Shown here piece by piece: positions 1-13,994 of a stretch of 64,000 nucleotides of DNA. The notes under the pieces are model-generated. The model was not told the origin of the DNA, did no database searches, and was given only the letters and a program-made list of their open reading frames with translations. Source of the DNA: Raja brachyura (Eukaryota); the NCBI GenBank assembly GCA_963514005.1, contig OY740795.1, positions 52,576,001 to 52,640,000 of the forward strand. Direction: 5' to 3'. The position numbers were made by a program, and so were the translations under genes. Each line of letters starts with the position of its first letter. Position 1 is the first letter of the stretch.

Positions 1-7
1 AATCAGA

Positions 8-9
<2 letters not shown>

Positions 10-85
<76 letters not shown>
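10..85. repeat. (AC)n microsatellite, about 38 units
   Basis: Direct reading. Confidence 0.98.
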
Positions 86-88
<3 letters not shown>

Positions 89-124
89 CTAGTATAATAG
101 AAGATAGATATCTTCAAAACTAAT

Positions 125-510
125 AGACACAAAATGGTGGTGTAATCGGTGGGTCAGGCAGCATCACTGGAGAGTTACTCCAGCATTTCGGTCTATCTTC
201 GGTGTAAACCAGCATCTGCATTTCCTTCCTGCACATCTCTGGAGAGAATGGAGAGGTGACACTTCAGGTCAGGACACTTCTTGAGACTGATTGTAGTGAG
301 GGAGAACTGGAAGCAAGAGAAGACCGGGGCAAATCAGGGCTGGCAACCTTTGGTCCCGTCTTTTCTTGCTTCCAGTCTCTTCGGCCAGCCCTCCCTATAA
401 TCTGTCACCTATCAATTTTCTTCAGAGATGCTGTCTGACCTGCTGAGTTACTCCAGCATTTTAAGTCTATCCTTGGTATAAACCAGCATCTGCAGTTCCT
501 TTTTATTACA
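125..510. mobile_element. PLE-derived short rearranged/inverted element
   Basis: PLE 3' terminal motif (gatgctgcctgacc.gctgagttactccagc...ccagcatctgcag) in both orientations, with a decayed hammerhead-like motif at about 257-290 (-). Confidence 0.75.
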
Positions 511-1499
511 TTCAGAACAAATGTATTTAAATTGTATAAATGTTGCATTACTGCATTGGCAGAAATATTTTTCTAAAGGAAATATATATTGCTTTATTTA
601 AGATGTTGAAGAATATGTTGCAGAGTAAGTTGAAACTTCAAACAAATCATTCAATTTAAAAATTAGTTGTTTAAAGGAAATATTTCAGTCATAATTTGTA
701 GACATTTAAAAAATACTGAGATGAATTGGCTGAATTGTGGATTAAGGCTCAGCACAATAACCAGTTGAAACTTTGTTGTACGCTCATGGCTGCTGTCAGA
801 TGCACATTCCAGACGTCACCATGCTGCCTGTGATTTATGTTTGAACTTAACGCCCTCCTCCAGTCTTTGTGTATGATATTTTCAGGATTAATGGCCACAA
901 CAGTGACATTTCCATTAGCACCCTGTGTGTGCAAATAACTCACAAGTGGCAGGTAGCTTCCTTTACTGTAATTGATAAATGCGCTGAAGGGTTTACCATG
1001 CATGGGAGGAATGGCATCTTCTGAAAGTCAAGTTATGTCTAAATGTCAGCTGGATTCAAAGCTGATACCTTTTTTTGTAAACAGTTACTACACAAGTCCA
1101 CATCAAATGCAAAAGCTTAAACATTGCATCTTTCATTCCCAGCAACCAATTAAAATTAGTTTTCAGTTCAATGTGTTCTCAACATTGCTAATCGTTAATG
1201 ATCAACTTGTGATCATGATGAGCTGTGATTTTATGCACTATGCATCAGAAATTATTCAAAAATCTGGCCAAATGCTTGTTCAACATGAATTTGGACATCG
1301 CCTTCTTTGAATTAGTTAGCGCATATGTGGCCTACAAAATGTGTAAACTACTTTTGCAAAGACAGATTTACACTTGCTTTTAAGGCTGCTGCAGTTGAAT
1401 GTAAAGGAGATGTAAACCCATCCCATCACCATGGAGTTCGACAGGTAAATTCCCTTTAAGATTTTAACATTAATTGCTCACATCCTTCTTGCTGTAGGC

Positions 1500-2400
1500 C
1501 CCCACTATTGAAAAACATTTCGGCATTATTATTATTATTACTGAAACTATTTCCTGCCCCACTCCATCGTGTTGTAGCCAATCATGGCTTTAATATGCAC
1601 ACTTCCCCTTCGAGCGTAATCGTGACTTTGATGTTCCTAATCCCTGCTGCAGCTAATCGTGTCCCTGACATTCCATCCCTATGCTGCAGCTGATTTAATC
1701 CTAACCTTCCCCACCCCCCAACCCTCTCCCCTCCACCATGCCACTGCAACCTTACTCCCGCAAATACCAATGTCGTGTTTTATCTACCCTAGTTCATATA
1801 AAGCTCCAATTTAAGGCTTCTCTCACCATTGATTTATTCGCAACCGTCCCTGTCACTTTGTTCCAGGACCCAACAAAATCCTCCATTGGCTTTGGAATAG
1901 CTTTGTGCATGGCAGAATATTGCAATAGAGACTCCCTGCAAATAAAAGCTGCATTGATTTACACACTACAGTCATTAAAGTCATTGTCATACAGCACAGA
2001 AACGATCTTTTGCCCAACTCATTCATGCTAACTAACATGCCCCATCTAAGCAAGTTCCATATATCCCATGCGATTTTCCAACTGCAAATGACATTTCATG
2101 GCCCCTTCTGCTCCTTCTAATCGCCCGCTTGAGTTCTTTCCCACTCGCTTTAAATTCCTCATAAATGATCTGATGCCACCTTCTTAAACCTGACATCTGC
2201 TCCCTTTTTTTTATGACCAGGTTTACAACCTCCTTGGTTCCCTTACCTTCCCGTCCTCTTCCCTCCTCCTTACTAGAACATGCTGATCGTGCACATTGAT
2301 CAGCTGGCTTGAAGCAACTCCCACATGGCATTTGTGGATTTACCCAATAATATCTGATCCCAATCTACCCTCCCCAGCTCCTGCTTAATGACATTGTGAT
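1500..2400 (-). mobile_element. Old CR1 LINE ORF2 fragments
   Basis: Minus ORF 2032..2331 (..KELKRAIRRSRRGHEMSFA..) resembles the CR1 ORF2 linker; degenerate. Confidence 0.55.
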
Positions 2401-2749
2401 CTGTTATTGATATTCTGGTCAAGACATGTCCATGACCATATAGAATAGATTGCAGCATTTTCTGGAATGAGGTTATCAGGGGTAGAGATTGTTCACCTGA
2501 GGATCAGTGTAGCATCTACCTTCTTTATACTCCTCTTCCCCAAGGATAAGTCGCACCGGAAAACCTCTTTGTGGCTTCTTCACAATCGTGGTGGGTTAAA
2601 AAAATCAGTCTCAAATGTCTTTAACATTTAAATGGTGATATGTTTGCAGCCTAGGAGAAACAAGATCAAATTAGCAGCAAAATGTTTTTTAACAAAATCT
2701 TTGACAATGTTCCACCTTTAAATTGTCGTTTATCTTGTAAGATTATGTG

Positions 2750-4295
2750 ATAGGCCGAATGGCCTAATTCTACTCCTATCAAGTCTACTCCACCATTCAA
2801 TCATGGCTGATCTATTTCTCCCTCCTAATCCCATTCTCCTGCCTTCTCCCCATAACCTCTGACACCCGTACTAATCAAGAGTCTATCGATCTCTGCCTTA
2901 AATATATCCACTGACTTTGCCTCCACAGCCTTTTGTGATAAAGAATTCCACAGATTCACCACCCTCTGACCAAAGTGTTTACCTGATCTATTCATCTCAT
3001 GATTTTGTACATTTCTATATGATCATCCCTCATCCTCCTGAGCTTGCAGGAATAAAGCCCTAGCTCAGCCTCTCCCTATAGCTCAGCCGCTCGAGACCTG
3101 TCAACATTCTTCTAAATCATCTCTTGACAATGTATTTCCTTTAGCACTCGACTCTAAATGTGGCTTCACCAATGCCTCAACAACCGTAACATGACCTCCC
3201 AACTTCTATACTCAATACTCCTACTGATGAAGGCCATTGTGCTGAAAGCCTTCTTGACCACCCTATCCACCTGTGACAACACTTTCAAGGAACTATGCAC
3301 CTGCTCTCCTAGATCCCTCTGCTTCACGACACCCCCAGACCCCTACCATCCTGCCATTATTGGACTTCCCAAAATGCAACACCTCAAATGTGTGTTTAGA
3401 AAAAATTATCTGTATTAAATTCCATTAACATTTCATTAGCCCACCAGCCAAACAGATTAAAATCCTATTGTAAACTTTGACAACCATCTTCACTATCTAC
3501 ATCAACATCCACTTTAGTGTCATCTGCGAACTTGCAAATCATGCCATGTACGTTCTCATCCAAATCATTGATATAGATGACAAACAGCAATATGCCCAGC
3601 GCCAAATCCTGAGGCATACCACTAGTCAAAGACTTCCAGTCTGAGAAACATCCTTCCACCATCACCCAATGCTTCCTTCCATGAAGCCAATTTTCTATCC
3701 ATTCAACTATCTCTGCAAGATTCCCACGCGATGTAACCTTCCAGAGCAGCCTGCCATGCGGAACCTTGTTGAATACCGAACTGAAATCCATATATACATC
3801 TACAGTTCTGCCCTCTTCAACCTTTTTGGTCAGATCTTAACAAAAAAATCAATCATGTTCGTCAAACACGACCTCCCACGTGCAAAACCATACTGACTAT
3901 CCTGAATCAGCCCTTGTCCATTTAATGCACGTGTACCTAATCCTTAAGAATAAATAATCTCTTGTAACTTTTCGGCTCACTGGCCTGTAGCTCCCTGGCT
4001 TTTCTCTGCAGCCCTTCTTGAATGGTCGCACAACATTTGCCACCCTCCAGTCTACTGGCATCTCAACTGTATTTAATGATGCCTTGTAAATCTCAGCCAG
4101 AGCACCTGCAATCTCCTCTATAGCTTCCCACGGTTTCCTCGGATATAATTGATCAGCCCCAGGTTATTTGTCTACCTTTTACACGTCAGGACTTTCAGCA
4201 CCCCCTGGACCTAATACTGACTGCTCCCAAGACACTTCCATTGACTGCCCCAAGTTCCCCAGAACTTGTGTTTTTCTCCACAGTAAAAACTGAGG
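2750..4295 (-). mobile_element. CR1 LINE RT and 3' end fragments
   Basis: ORF 3465..3791 DFSSVFNKVPHGRLL..WIENWL..PQD..LG..LFVIYINDLD..KFADDTK contains CR1 RT motifs; CR1 3' tail near 2750-2970. Confidence 0.88.
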
Positions 4296-4299
4296 AGGT

Positions 4300-4710
4300 A
4301 GACAAAAATGTTGGAGAGACTCAGCGGATGAGGCAGCATCTATGGAGCGAAGGGAATAGGCAACGTTTCGGGTCGAAACCCTTCTTCAGACTGATGTGAG
4401 GGTCGGGGGGAGGGGTGGGAGGAAGAATGGAAGAGATGGAGCCAGAGGGCTGAGGGAGAGCTGAGATGGGGAGGAGAAAGAAAGGACTACCTGAAATTAG
4501 AGAAGTCAGTGTTCATACCGTTGGGGTGCAAACTGCCCAAGCGAAATATGAGGTGCTGCTCCTCCAATTTACGGTGGTCCTCACTCTGGTCATGAAGGAG
4601 GCCCAGGACAGAAAGGTCGGTTTTGGAATGGGAGGGGGTGTTGAAGTGCTGAGCTACCAGGACATCAGGTTGCTTATTGCGAACCGAGCGGAGGTGTTCG
4701 GCGAAGCGAA
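4300..4710 (-). mobile_element. Penelope-like element 3' fragment (GIY-YIG C-terminus plus hammerhead-bearing terminus)
   Basis: ORF 4487..4843 contains RFAEHLRSVRNKQPDVLVAQHFNTPSHS..RKLEEQHLIFRLGSLHPNGMN; hammerhead-like motif at 4362-4389. Confidence 0.88.
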
Positions 4711-4724
4711 CATGGATGTCGGGG

Positions 4725-4890
4725 TCCGCATGTTCCTGGTAGAATGGCAGGATCAGGGAACCCTGGTTGATATGGGATATTGAGGTTCTGTTCAAGAAAA
4801 AGCAGGAGGCATATGTTAGATATTGGCAGCTGGAATCAAGCAAGTGGCTGAAGGAGTTTAAGGGATGTAGGAGTACAGGAAGGACATAGA
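4725..4890 (+). mobile_element. Short CR1 ORF2 fragment in the opposite orientation to the flanking CR1
   Basis: Frameshifted EPWL..DIEVLFKKKQEAYVRYWQLESSKWLKEFKGCR-like segment. Confidence 0.6.
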
Positions 4891-5029
4891 AAGCTTAGTA
4901 ACATGGTGTTGAGGTGATGACTTCTCCCTCATTGACAGCAAGGTGAAGGAGCTGGACTTCCCCCAGCCTCTTTGATTCAGCCTCCCCTTGCCAAATCTCT
5001 CCCCTCCCTCGTGTCGGCACTTCACAGTG

Positions 5030-5720
5030 CCTTCGAAAAGCAGACATCATAATCAAGGACTAATTGTACTGCAGTCTTTCCCTCTTAACAAATCTCCTGT
5101 CAGGCAGAAGGTGCAAAAGCTTGAAAGTTAGTGATTTCAGGAAATGGTGTACACACCCCAGTCAGCATCAACAGCATTGAAGTGGAGATGGTCGAGAGAT
5201 TCAAGTTCCTGGGCATAAATATCACCAATAATTTGTCCTGGTCCAATCGCGTTCATGCTATGCTAACAAAGCCCACCAGCGTCTCTGCTTCCTCGGGAGA
5301 CTAAGGACATTTGATATGTCTCCAAAGACTCTTACCAATTTCTTTAAACGCACTGTAGAAAGCATCCTATGCATCACAACTTGGTTTGCCAACTGCTCTG
5401 CCCAAGACCACATGAAATTGCAAAGTTGTAGAATGTATCATACTTTTTCCCACCCCCTTCCCCCATCAACACTTCACGATGCCTTGGTAAAGCAGACATT
5501 ATAATCAAGGACCACTTACCACAGTCATTCCCTCTTCCCCCTTTTCCCAGGCAGGCAGAAGATACAAAGTGCATACCACCAGATTCAGAAACCTGCTTCC
5601 TCCCCACTGCAGCCCCCGATCTCCCAGCCATCTTCATTTTGAGCTTCACACTTTGCATTTTCCCTGGAGCTGCAAGACTATAACATTGTAGCACTACATT
5701 GTGAACTTTGATTATTTTTC
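5030..5720 (+). mobile_element. Rex1/Babar-type LINE 3' fragment
   Basis: HTPVSINSIEVEMVERFKFLGINITNNLSWS..KAHQRLCFLGRLRTFDMSPKTLTNFFKRTVESIL is typical of the Rex1/Babar post-RT region. Confidence 0.8.
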
Positions 5721-7604
5721 TTTGTATTACCTGTGTATATGGTTCAAAATGGGGGTTTAGAATAGTAAATCCAGATTGACTCAAACCGGTATAAACCAGC
5801 ACTTAATTTGACATGAGCAAACTGATCCCACATTTTGAACCCCTTAGCACCTGTGACTGAAGAATCTAAAAGTTGACTCTGGTCACCCTCAACTGATCTG
5901 AGTTGCTGATAATGTACAACAGATCTAAATATCATGCCAATGACAGTATCCTGGTTTTATCTACATCACTAATTCATGCACTCTAATTTTAAATTACCTT
6001 AAAGCTCTTTGGGCACTGGAAAGGAATTACCCTTTCTCATTGAACAATTGAATCCTGCACAAAGCTGGTAGATGACGTGACGTGTCAAAAATATACAACA
6101 TTTATGTTACCTATGTAGTAACGCTGGTGGTCTGTTCTATACATTCTACAACTGTTTGCTGTATGCCTATACAATAACTTATTGTGTTTAACAAATTAAG
6201 AGAACTATATGGATTAGTCTATGTACTTTCACCAAAATGTGTTTTCAATCAGCAGCAGCAGAAGCCATTTTGCTCTGGCAGCTGGAGTGTCCCTTCACTA
6301 AGAAATCCTTTCTCTTCATTGTGATTATCACTTGGCCAGCCTCCAGCAGTGTAGAGAATTTGATTTGTAGAAGAAGGGAAGATTACCTGTTTTGCTGGGG
6401 AAGTTGTCTTTTTTTTCCCTCTCGGGCACCTTCCACACACAAAACCTTCCACCCAGCTGTCCCTCGGATCTTCACGGGAATACAAATAATGGATCTGTCT
6501 TTTTTCAAGGAATACCTTGAGGCAAAAGCAAATCGAGCTTCAGGCAAGAGCTCATGTTGAATATTGAGCATCAGTTGGAAGGGTCACTTGGGTGCATCAG
6601 TAACATCATGACATCACAAACAATTTTGAGGAAGAGTATCCCTTTGTGTGATTCCTTTCAGCCCATTATCAAATCCATGTTTTTGTGCAGCCTTGGGAAG
6701 TGGATGGCAGGGGAAAGATCCAATATAGAAGTAGTCATCTTTTTAAATGTCTAGTTACATGTGGCTTAAAATGAATAAAACATTGCTGAAATAGAAGATG
6801 CCCTTAATTCAAAGGGGCAAAATATGCGTAATTTATCCATAGACCCCCTTTTTGTAAATTAGTCCCATAGCTTTTATAGAGCCAAGTAGGTGTATTTATC
6901 ACCTTGCATGAATTGTGATGGTGTGAAATGAAAGTGATTTCATAGCCTTTAATTGTAGGATTTCCAGTTGGTAAAGCTTTCATTTTTCTTTCAATCATCA
7001 TTTTTAACCACCTTAACTCTTATATTAAATTATCAAAATATCTTGCCTGGCAAAACAGACATTCCAGTCAAGTACAGATTGTAGTGCTTAGAGCATTCCA
7101 CCTGTTGTCTGCAAGTTAAGCAAGTTTCCACCCTACTGTCTGTCTTTAATTGCAGTTTGGCTAGAGGTAGCATTTTTATTGAACAGATGCTATAACAAAG
7201 CAGATGTTTAAAAAATATGGTGACAGCCATGGAATTGGTATTTTCTTAAAATGCTTTTGTAGTCATTCACCCTGGAACCAGAAATTGAGGTGAAAAATCT
7301 GTCAAGTTACTGCAGCATTATCATATGGTATTAAATTTGCATCTTTGATTGTTAAGGCATGTTATATTCTGAAGCCTGCGCAAATTCATTGAACTGCACC
7401 TAATGTTCAAATGTCTTGTGCATTAGAACATTGGAACTAAAATCAATTTACTTGACTTCAATTGGGTTTATTCCTGTAAGGAAAATGATAGGGACTTAGA
7501 TATTTGTTTTTATTTGTCATAGATAATGTTTTCTTCTGTTCAAGATTTATATAAAATGTAAATTTGCTTCAAGAATTAACTTTCCACTTGATATTTGTTT
7601 TCAG

Positions 7605-7678
7605 TGTTTGCTAGCTCTGAACCGGTGCCAGGTTTCCAAGGGGACACCCTGCAGTTAGCATTCATCGACCTCAGACAA
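7605..7678 (+). CDS. EXOC6: EXOC6 (Sec15A) internal coding exon, 74 bp, third-from-last constitutive exon
   Basis: Acceptor ttgttttcag ends at 7604 and donor GTAAGT starts at 7679. After 2 split-codon bases it reads FASSEPVPGFQGDTLQLAFIDLRQ, matching recalled vertebrate EXOC6; EXOC6B is recalled as FARSGPVPGFQEDT. Confidence 0.96.
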
Positions 7679-8965
7679 GTAAGTCCTTGGGATTATTTTT
7701 TATTGATGAGTGATGCAGAAGCCAGAGGTACAACACCAGTCAATGATGTTGATTGTTTGCTTATTTACTCTATTTTTAAAAGTTCTAACCTATTTTTCTG
7801 AATCAAAATACTGCGAACCTTGACTAAAGTGCTGCCATTGATTGTGATGTGCTGAACAAAAGATTTTGATTTAAATAAACTCTAAAATTTAACTTAATGT
7901 AAGAAGTGCTTAGCTTTAATAGCGCGTACAGCAGTTTGTTCTTTTAGAAAACCAATCCTTTTGTAAAAAAAATCCTGTGCTAGTAAGTATATTCTGTCAA
8001 ATAACACATAATTTAACTAGTTCTGAAATGATGTATGGCTACAAGATTTTGTATGTCTTATGTAATGTTCGTACATGTGCAATGGGGTATTAGAAATGTG
8101 AAGTTCTGTCCCATAAACATTGTTGTTAAGTAACTTTTCAAGAAAAATATTGTAGAAGTTTTGACAGATAAGTGTATCATGAGTGAATTGGTCAAAACTA
8201 GGTGAGTGGAATTGAGATAAAGATCATCTGAATATATCTAAATAAATGTGGAAACGGCTCAAAACTGATTGGTTTTCAAGCAGCACTATGCTTTTCAATA
8301 CCAAATTAGTTGTGATATTTAGATAATTGATGCTTGAATGCAAAGGTACACATCCCATGGCATTATGAAGTAGGAGTTGAGATCGGTTTCATTAAGTTTG
8401 TGGACTGGATTATTAATTTGATCCAAAAATAACGGGGAAGTAGATTAAGGACATGTGAAGGATTAGAAAGGTAGTTATAAATCGAGAGGAGGCAATTGAC
8501 TTCATTCATCTTGCAGAGTGATTGCGGTTGGGGAGTTTGAGAACCCAGAAAGATAAAGGGTTAGTTCATCTTACTGGTTCAGGCTCTAATTTGTAGTTGC
8601 GTGGTCGTGTGGGGATGAGTCCACATTAGTTTGGGGGAGAGGAATGGGATGCAGAGGGGGGTGTAGTCGTTACTCTGGCTGTATAATTGCTGTCAAAGAC
8701 CAAGATATAATTCTGAAATAGGTTGGTAGGAATTGCTCCCTGCCATTACTTGAATTTAAATGAGACCGTAAAATGGCAGGATAATGGAACTATATCTGCT
8801 CAGATGGCCTCTGCAAGATAAAATCCCTTTTCAAAGTCTGTGTATTCTAACTTACTTTCGCAGTTGCTCCAGTAAAACGCGCTCAAATTAGGTAAACACA
8901 TTGCTTTTGTCAAATACACTGACTTGTATTTGATCGTAATATTTTGCCTGACACTTTATGGTTAC

Positions 8966-9180
8966 ACAGGAAACTGCAGATGTGGGAAGTTTGAGCAAAA
9001 CACAATGCAGGTGGAACTCAGCAGGTCAGGCATCACCTGTGAAGAAAATGGACAGAACACATTTCTTTAGATGGGGCCCGACCCGAAACATTGTCTGTCC
9101 GTTTACTCCACAGATGCTGGCTGACCTGCTGGGTATCTCCAGTATTTCGTACTTTGCTCAAGATTCCTCCAGCAAATAGT
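8966..9180. mobile_element. PLE-derived short self-inverted element
   Basis: Minus-orientation tail then plus-orientation tail, with a hammerhead remnant (gacccgaaac) at the junction; flanked by a degenerate duplication attttgcc..ttatggttac. Confidence 0.75.
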
Positions 9181-9260
9181 ATTTTGCCATATTATGGTTA
9201 CCTCCACTGATGGACTGATAAGCCTGTGATAACAGGGTGCATCCCTTTTCCTTTCAATGT

Positions 9261-9578
9261 TTTAGTTTTGGTTTGATATACAGCATGGAAACAGACCCTT
9301 CGGCCCACCGAGTCCGCACCGACCAGCGATCCCCGTACATTAACTCCATCCTACACACGCTAGGGACGAATTACATTTATACCAAGCCAATTAACCTACT
9401 AACCGGTACGTCTTTGGAGTGTGGGAGGAAACCAAAGATCTCGGAAAAAACCCACGTAGTCACTGGGAGAACGTACAAAGTCCGTATAGACAGTACCCCT
9501 TCGTCTGGATCAATCTGGGACTCGGGTGCTGCAAGCGCTGTAAGGCAGCAACTCTACTGCTGCATCATCATGTTGCCC
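9261..9578 (-). mobile_element. tRNA-derived V-SINE (HE1-like), near full length
   Basis: The reverse complement shows a tRNA-like head, the V-domain (tgtacgttctccc..gtgggttttt..ggtttcctcccacactccaaagacgt) and a CR1-derived tail (gggccgaaggg.ctgtttcc.tgctgtat). Confidence 0.82.
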
Positions 9579-10639
9579 AGAATATACTGTATTATTTTCA
9601 ATCTCTTTGTTCTTTTATTGGAAAGCTATGTAGAGAATTTCTGCAATTTCTACCCTTTGCAGTTTGTAGTAATGTATAAAACATCTTGTACAGACCATTT
9701 CTAAATGTAACCTTGCCAACCTTTGACATACTACCTCTTTATTTTTGCCTCATCAAAATCACTACTGCCTGCTTGGGCAACATTTTTATTTAGCATACCT
9801 TGCACCTCTTTGTAGTCGCTAATCAACTTGCCAATTTACATCTCTTGTTATTTGTATATTTATGAAACACCTTTGCATTCCCTTCAGGTTAGCTTTTAAT
9901 ATTTTGTCATTGTCTTTTCTCCTTTTTCATTTGGTTCAGTGTATTTTTTTTAACATGGATCTTTTATCTATTTGTAGACTTTCCATTGTGGATCAATTTG
10001 AAATTTCAATCCATTTTGGTTGGATCCCTTTAACTAAACCCTTTTTTGGAATATATTTTACACTTGAGTATTTGGTCATGATTATGTTCTCCAAATGCAC
10101 CCTGCTGAACCATACAAGATTTCACCTTCATTTTCAGTACAGTTATAATTTTGCTTCCTTGATGAACTTGGATCAAGGTTTCTTGCAGAAATTTTGGGAA
10201 AGTTTCTCTTTTTTTGGTCTATGTTAGCAAAATGAAAAACAAAATTCCTTGTGACTGCTGAAGTTCCTTCATCTTTCTGAAATCTTCCTGCTCAGATTCT
10301 CCTCTATCCCTTCTAGCAACTTGATTGTAAACCCAGAAGTGTAGTACCTTCTGCATTGTTCCCTGATTGTCACCAGGCAGATTCTGCTATTGATCCCTTT
10401 GCTACATTATCTATGCCTGGTCTGACGAAAAGCTCTTGAGTGAAGAGGATCTATTGTAAATTGATTAGAAACTGAAACTAGAGGCAAAACAAAGATGAGA
10501 ACAATGGGAAGCCTATAACAAGGGAATGGTTTCACATGAGAAGAGGAGGAATGACATCCAGTATAGGGCTCCTAATTGAATACCCTTCCTTTCCTTTCAT
10601 GGGAAAAACATCTTGTTGTCAAATTCTATTGAACAATCA

Positions 10640-11290
10640 GCTTTCCTTCTAATTTTAAGACCTAATCCATTTTAGGCAGGTCCACTTTTACCCACCAAAT
10701 TAGCTTTGCAGTCTAACCATTTCTACATTCACATGGGAGGACGTAGTTAATAACAACATTAAATAGTAAATTGAAGTTTAAGATCCTAGGTGGTTGTTTG
10801 CCAAAACAGTGCAATGTCAATAATAATGCCACACCTAGGATTCATCTTCACCTTACCATTCCAAAAACTGATGGTTCTTATTACTTGCAGAACAACCAGC
10901 TTTTTCTAACTATACGTCTCATGAAAATGCTATAAACTCCTCATGCTGCAACAGGCTACTAGCCATGATGCACACTGTTCACTCTTTATTCTAGACCTTC
11001 CTTGTAGTCCAAATGATTTTTCTGAACTCCAAACAGATTTCCAGTGGGAATAGTTTCCACCTTATGTTGTTGGAGGGCATGGATATAGACAATGTGGAAG
11101 TACATAGAAGCTACTTCCCACTGGGATTTGGATTTGATCAAGACCATGGAAAATCAGCTTCCTTGCATGCCATTCAGCCAGTCTATGCCACATGTAGTTT
11201 GTTGTTCAAGCTCCAGAATTGAGGAGAGAAGATTTTATCATTTCTTTCAGTTCTAATGTAAACTACCATTGCAGATGTTCCCAAAGCATA
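10640..11290 (-). mobile_element. Highly decayed LINE remnant (family uncertain)
   Basis: Patchy resemblance to RT-region coding sequence on the minus strand; no ORF. Confidence 0.3.
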
Positions 11291-12244
11291 AGCATTCATA
11301 GAGTTATCTTGCATTGTAATTCCCTCTGCCTCAGCCTTATAGCAAGCAACCTGCCAGAAAAACTTGCCTGCAGGTAGAAGACGTGAAGATCAAACTTGTG
11401 CTGTATTCAACAAGTTTATTGTTTATCTCCCCCCCCCCCACTCCCTTCCCATAATTGCTGCGTCAATTCTTGGAACAGTAGGACACTCAAGTAGCTGGAA
11501 GAATGTTGCTTGTATTGTGCCAGTGTTCCGTTTAAAGACTAGCTCCCAGGATTGCAGCTGGAAATTCTTGCATGAAACTGGTGCAATGTTAAGTAAAGGG
11601 ACTCACTGACTATCTTTAAGGGGCTATGGAAAATAATGATAAAACAATATTTCAAAAACACTCAGCAGTTTAGGCAGAATCTGTGGGGAGAGAACAGAAT
11701 TATGTTTTCAAGTCAATGGCCATGCATCAGAAATGATGAAAGAGGCCTGAATTTCTGATCTGCTATGTTTAATGAAATGTCGTCAACCTAAAATGTTAAC
11801 ATGTTCCTGTCTCCATTCATCTAACCTAGTATTTACTGTTTTATTCCAAATTTCCAGCATTTGTGTATTTTGATTTTTTTTTAAATAAAGAAATTGTATT
11901 AGGGTAATATACAACACAGTGTTGGCATCATAAACAGAAGGCTCTTTTTAAAATATTATTTAGTGTTGTCTTTCTCAATTCATTTGTGGTCTTTGCTTCT
12001 CAACTTGGTTATTTTATTCTGCGTGCCCATCCCTGCCGGAGTGCTGCTTTGTCAGTGGAACTATTTTCTTTAAGTTGTGCTGTTCGACCTTGATATCTGC
12101 TCGCTCATGTTGGTATGAAAGATTCTATGTTATTGATTGTTTCAAAGAACAGCAAAGTAATTATCTTTGGTATCCTAACCAGTGTTTATCTCTGATTCAA
12201 CGTCACTGAATTGATCACCTACTTATTATCATATTGATTGTTGG

Positions 12245-12370
12245 AATTTCTGAGGAAAGATCCTGAACAGAAACGTCACTTGTCCATTTTTGTCCACAGA
12301 TGCTGCCTGACCCATTGAGTTTCTCTGGCACTTTGTATTTCACACAAGATTCAAGCATCCTTGTGTCAAT
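12245..12370 (+). mobile_element. PLE-derived short element
   Basis: CTGAGGA..GAAACGTC at 12250-12277 (core intact, stem II broken), followed by the PLE tail. Confidence 0.7.
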
Positions 12371-13994
12371 TGTAGAAATTTGCAGTGTAGTCATATTTTG
12401 CACTTCACAATAATGATTGCGGTTCTAAAGATGCTTCATTGGCTGTAAAGTGCTTTTTGACATTTCATGGTCCCAAAAGGTGCAGTATAAATCCAGGTGT
12501 CTGTTTTGCATGCAAACATTCTGAGCAAAGAAAATAGATATATAAATACGTAGATATCTTGGGTGCAAATCTTATTCTCGGTGCATCATTGTGTTAATAA
12601 CATGCTTTAAACTTTTTGTTTGATGTAAAGTAGCTTTAGTACAATGTTCTCATAAGGGATCATATTTTTTCCCATTAATCAACCGGCCTTAAACCTCTTT
12701 CAGTTTCTCTGCCTTGAGTGACGATATATCTGGAATGCAGAAAAACACAAGCACTTGTGTTTATCAGCACTCTCCTGCAGTATGAATAACATGTGCCAAT
12801 TTCCCTGTCATACAATCCTATGATCCATTTATTTTTTAATGTGATAGATGACATTTCTTTTCAAGCAGTCTGAGGAAACAGTGCCTTTTATAAGGAACCT
12901 CTCCATTGGGGCATCTGGCTGTTTCATGTACTGTTCTCCAGTTTGAATTTGATACTCTGCCATGCCTTGGAGGTTCTGAAAGATAAGGAAGTAACTCCAG
13001 TGGCCAGGTTTTACCTGCCCACCCTGAGTGTGCCCCAGGGTTAGAATCTTGATATTTGCACCGCTTTACAGAAGAGCTGATGACAGGTAGAGAGTGATAC
13101 CAAGGAAAGCCTGACCAAATCAAAGCTAAAAGGCAAGAGGCTTGGGATTGGATGAGAAGCTGTGGCTAAAAGATGGATCAGTGGGATTGCCCTTTTTAGA
13201 AAAGTAAGTGACCCGAGATTGAGAGGTCATGATCCCACTGCCAATCATTAGATCACTAATGGAAGCTGGCTGTCTCAATAGCAGCTCCCTTTCTCCCTTA
13301 ATTTAAAAGATTGTGGATGATTAGGATTAGTTGGGATGTAGGAACAAACTCTGTTTTAAAATCCTGAGTTTGACCAAATGCATTGAGATGAAGTTGTCAT
13401 ATTAAAATCACCACTCGATCAAAGAGTTTCATTACATTTCATTTCTATTAATGATATGTGGTATTAACTAAATATTTGGTTATATTTTAGAAGTTAACCT
13501 ATATGCAGAGCAGTCAAAAAAAAAAAAATAGTTTATTCAGTTCTTTCATCTGCAAGAAGATTTCTTTATTGCCTGGGAAAATCTGAACTTTAATATCCTG
13601 CCTTAAATGCAAGGTGATCAATGATCCTGGAGAGTTGTGAGAAACCATTTCAAGTAATGCCAGTCAGTTCTACTGAACACAGAGTTGTACATTTTATTTA
13701 GACTGTGTAATCTGATGTGTGTTTTACATGCCATTGATTAAAGGTATTGCCAATAGATGGGCAGCGTGTAAGGATTAAGTATTGACAGTGAGATAACTAA
13801 TTTCAGAGGCTCTTGCCTTTTTAAAAAGAACTCCAGAACAAGCAAATCCAAGAATTGTAGAAGGTAATTAGTTTCTTTAATGTAAAGTCATCGAAGTGCT
13901 GGTGCATGCATATCTTCAGACATAAGAACATTTGAAACCAGTAAAGGCCTGTGAATAGTCATTATAACATTTAACGACAATTAAATTGAATATA

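Noticed and set aside
7595-7801. 68-aa ORF as a standalone gene
   Set aside because: Only 7605-7678 is the EXOC6 exon; the flanks are intronic.
13190-13210. tttttAG-aaaa-GTAAGT as another microexon
   Set aside because: 4 nt would frameshift, and the pyrimidine tract is short.
13850-13870. tgtAG-AAG-GTAATT as a 3-nt microexon
   Set aside because: No polypyrimidine tract upstream.
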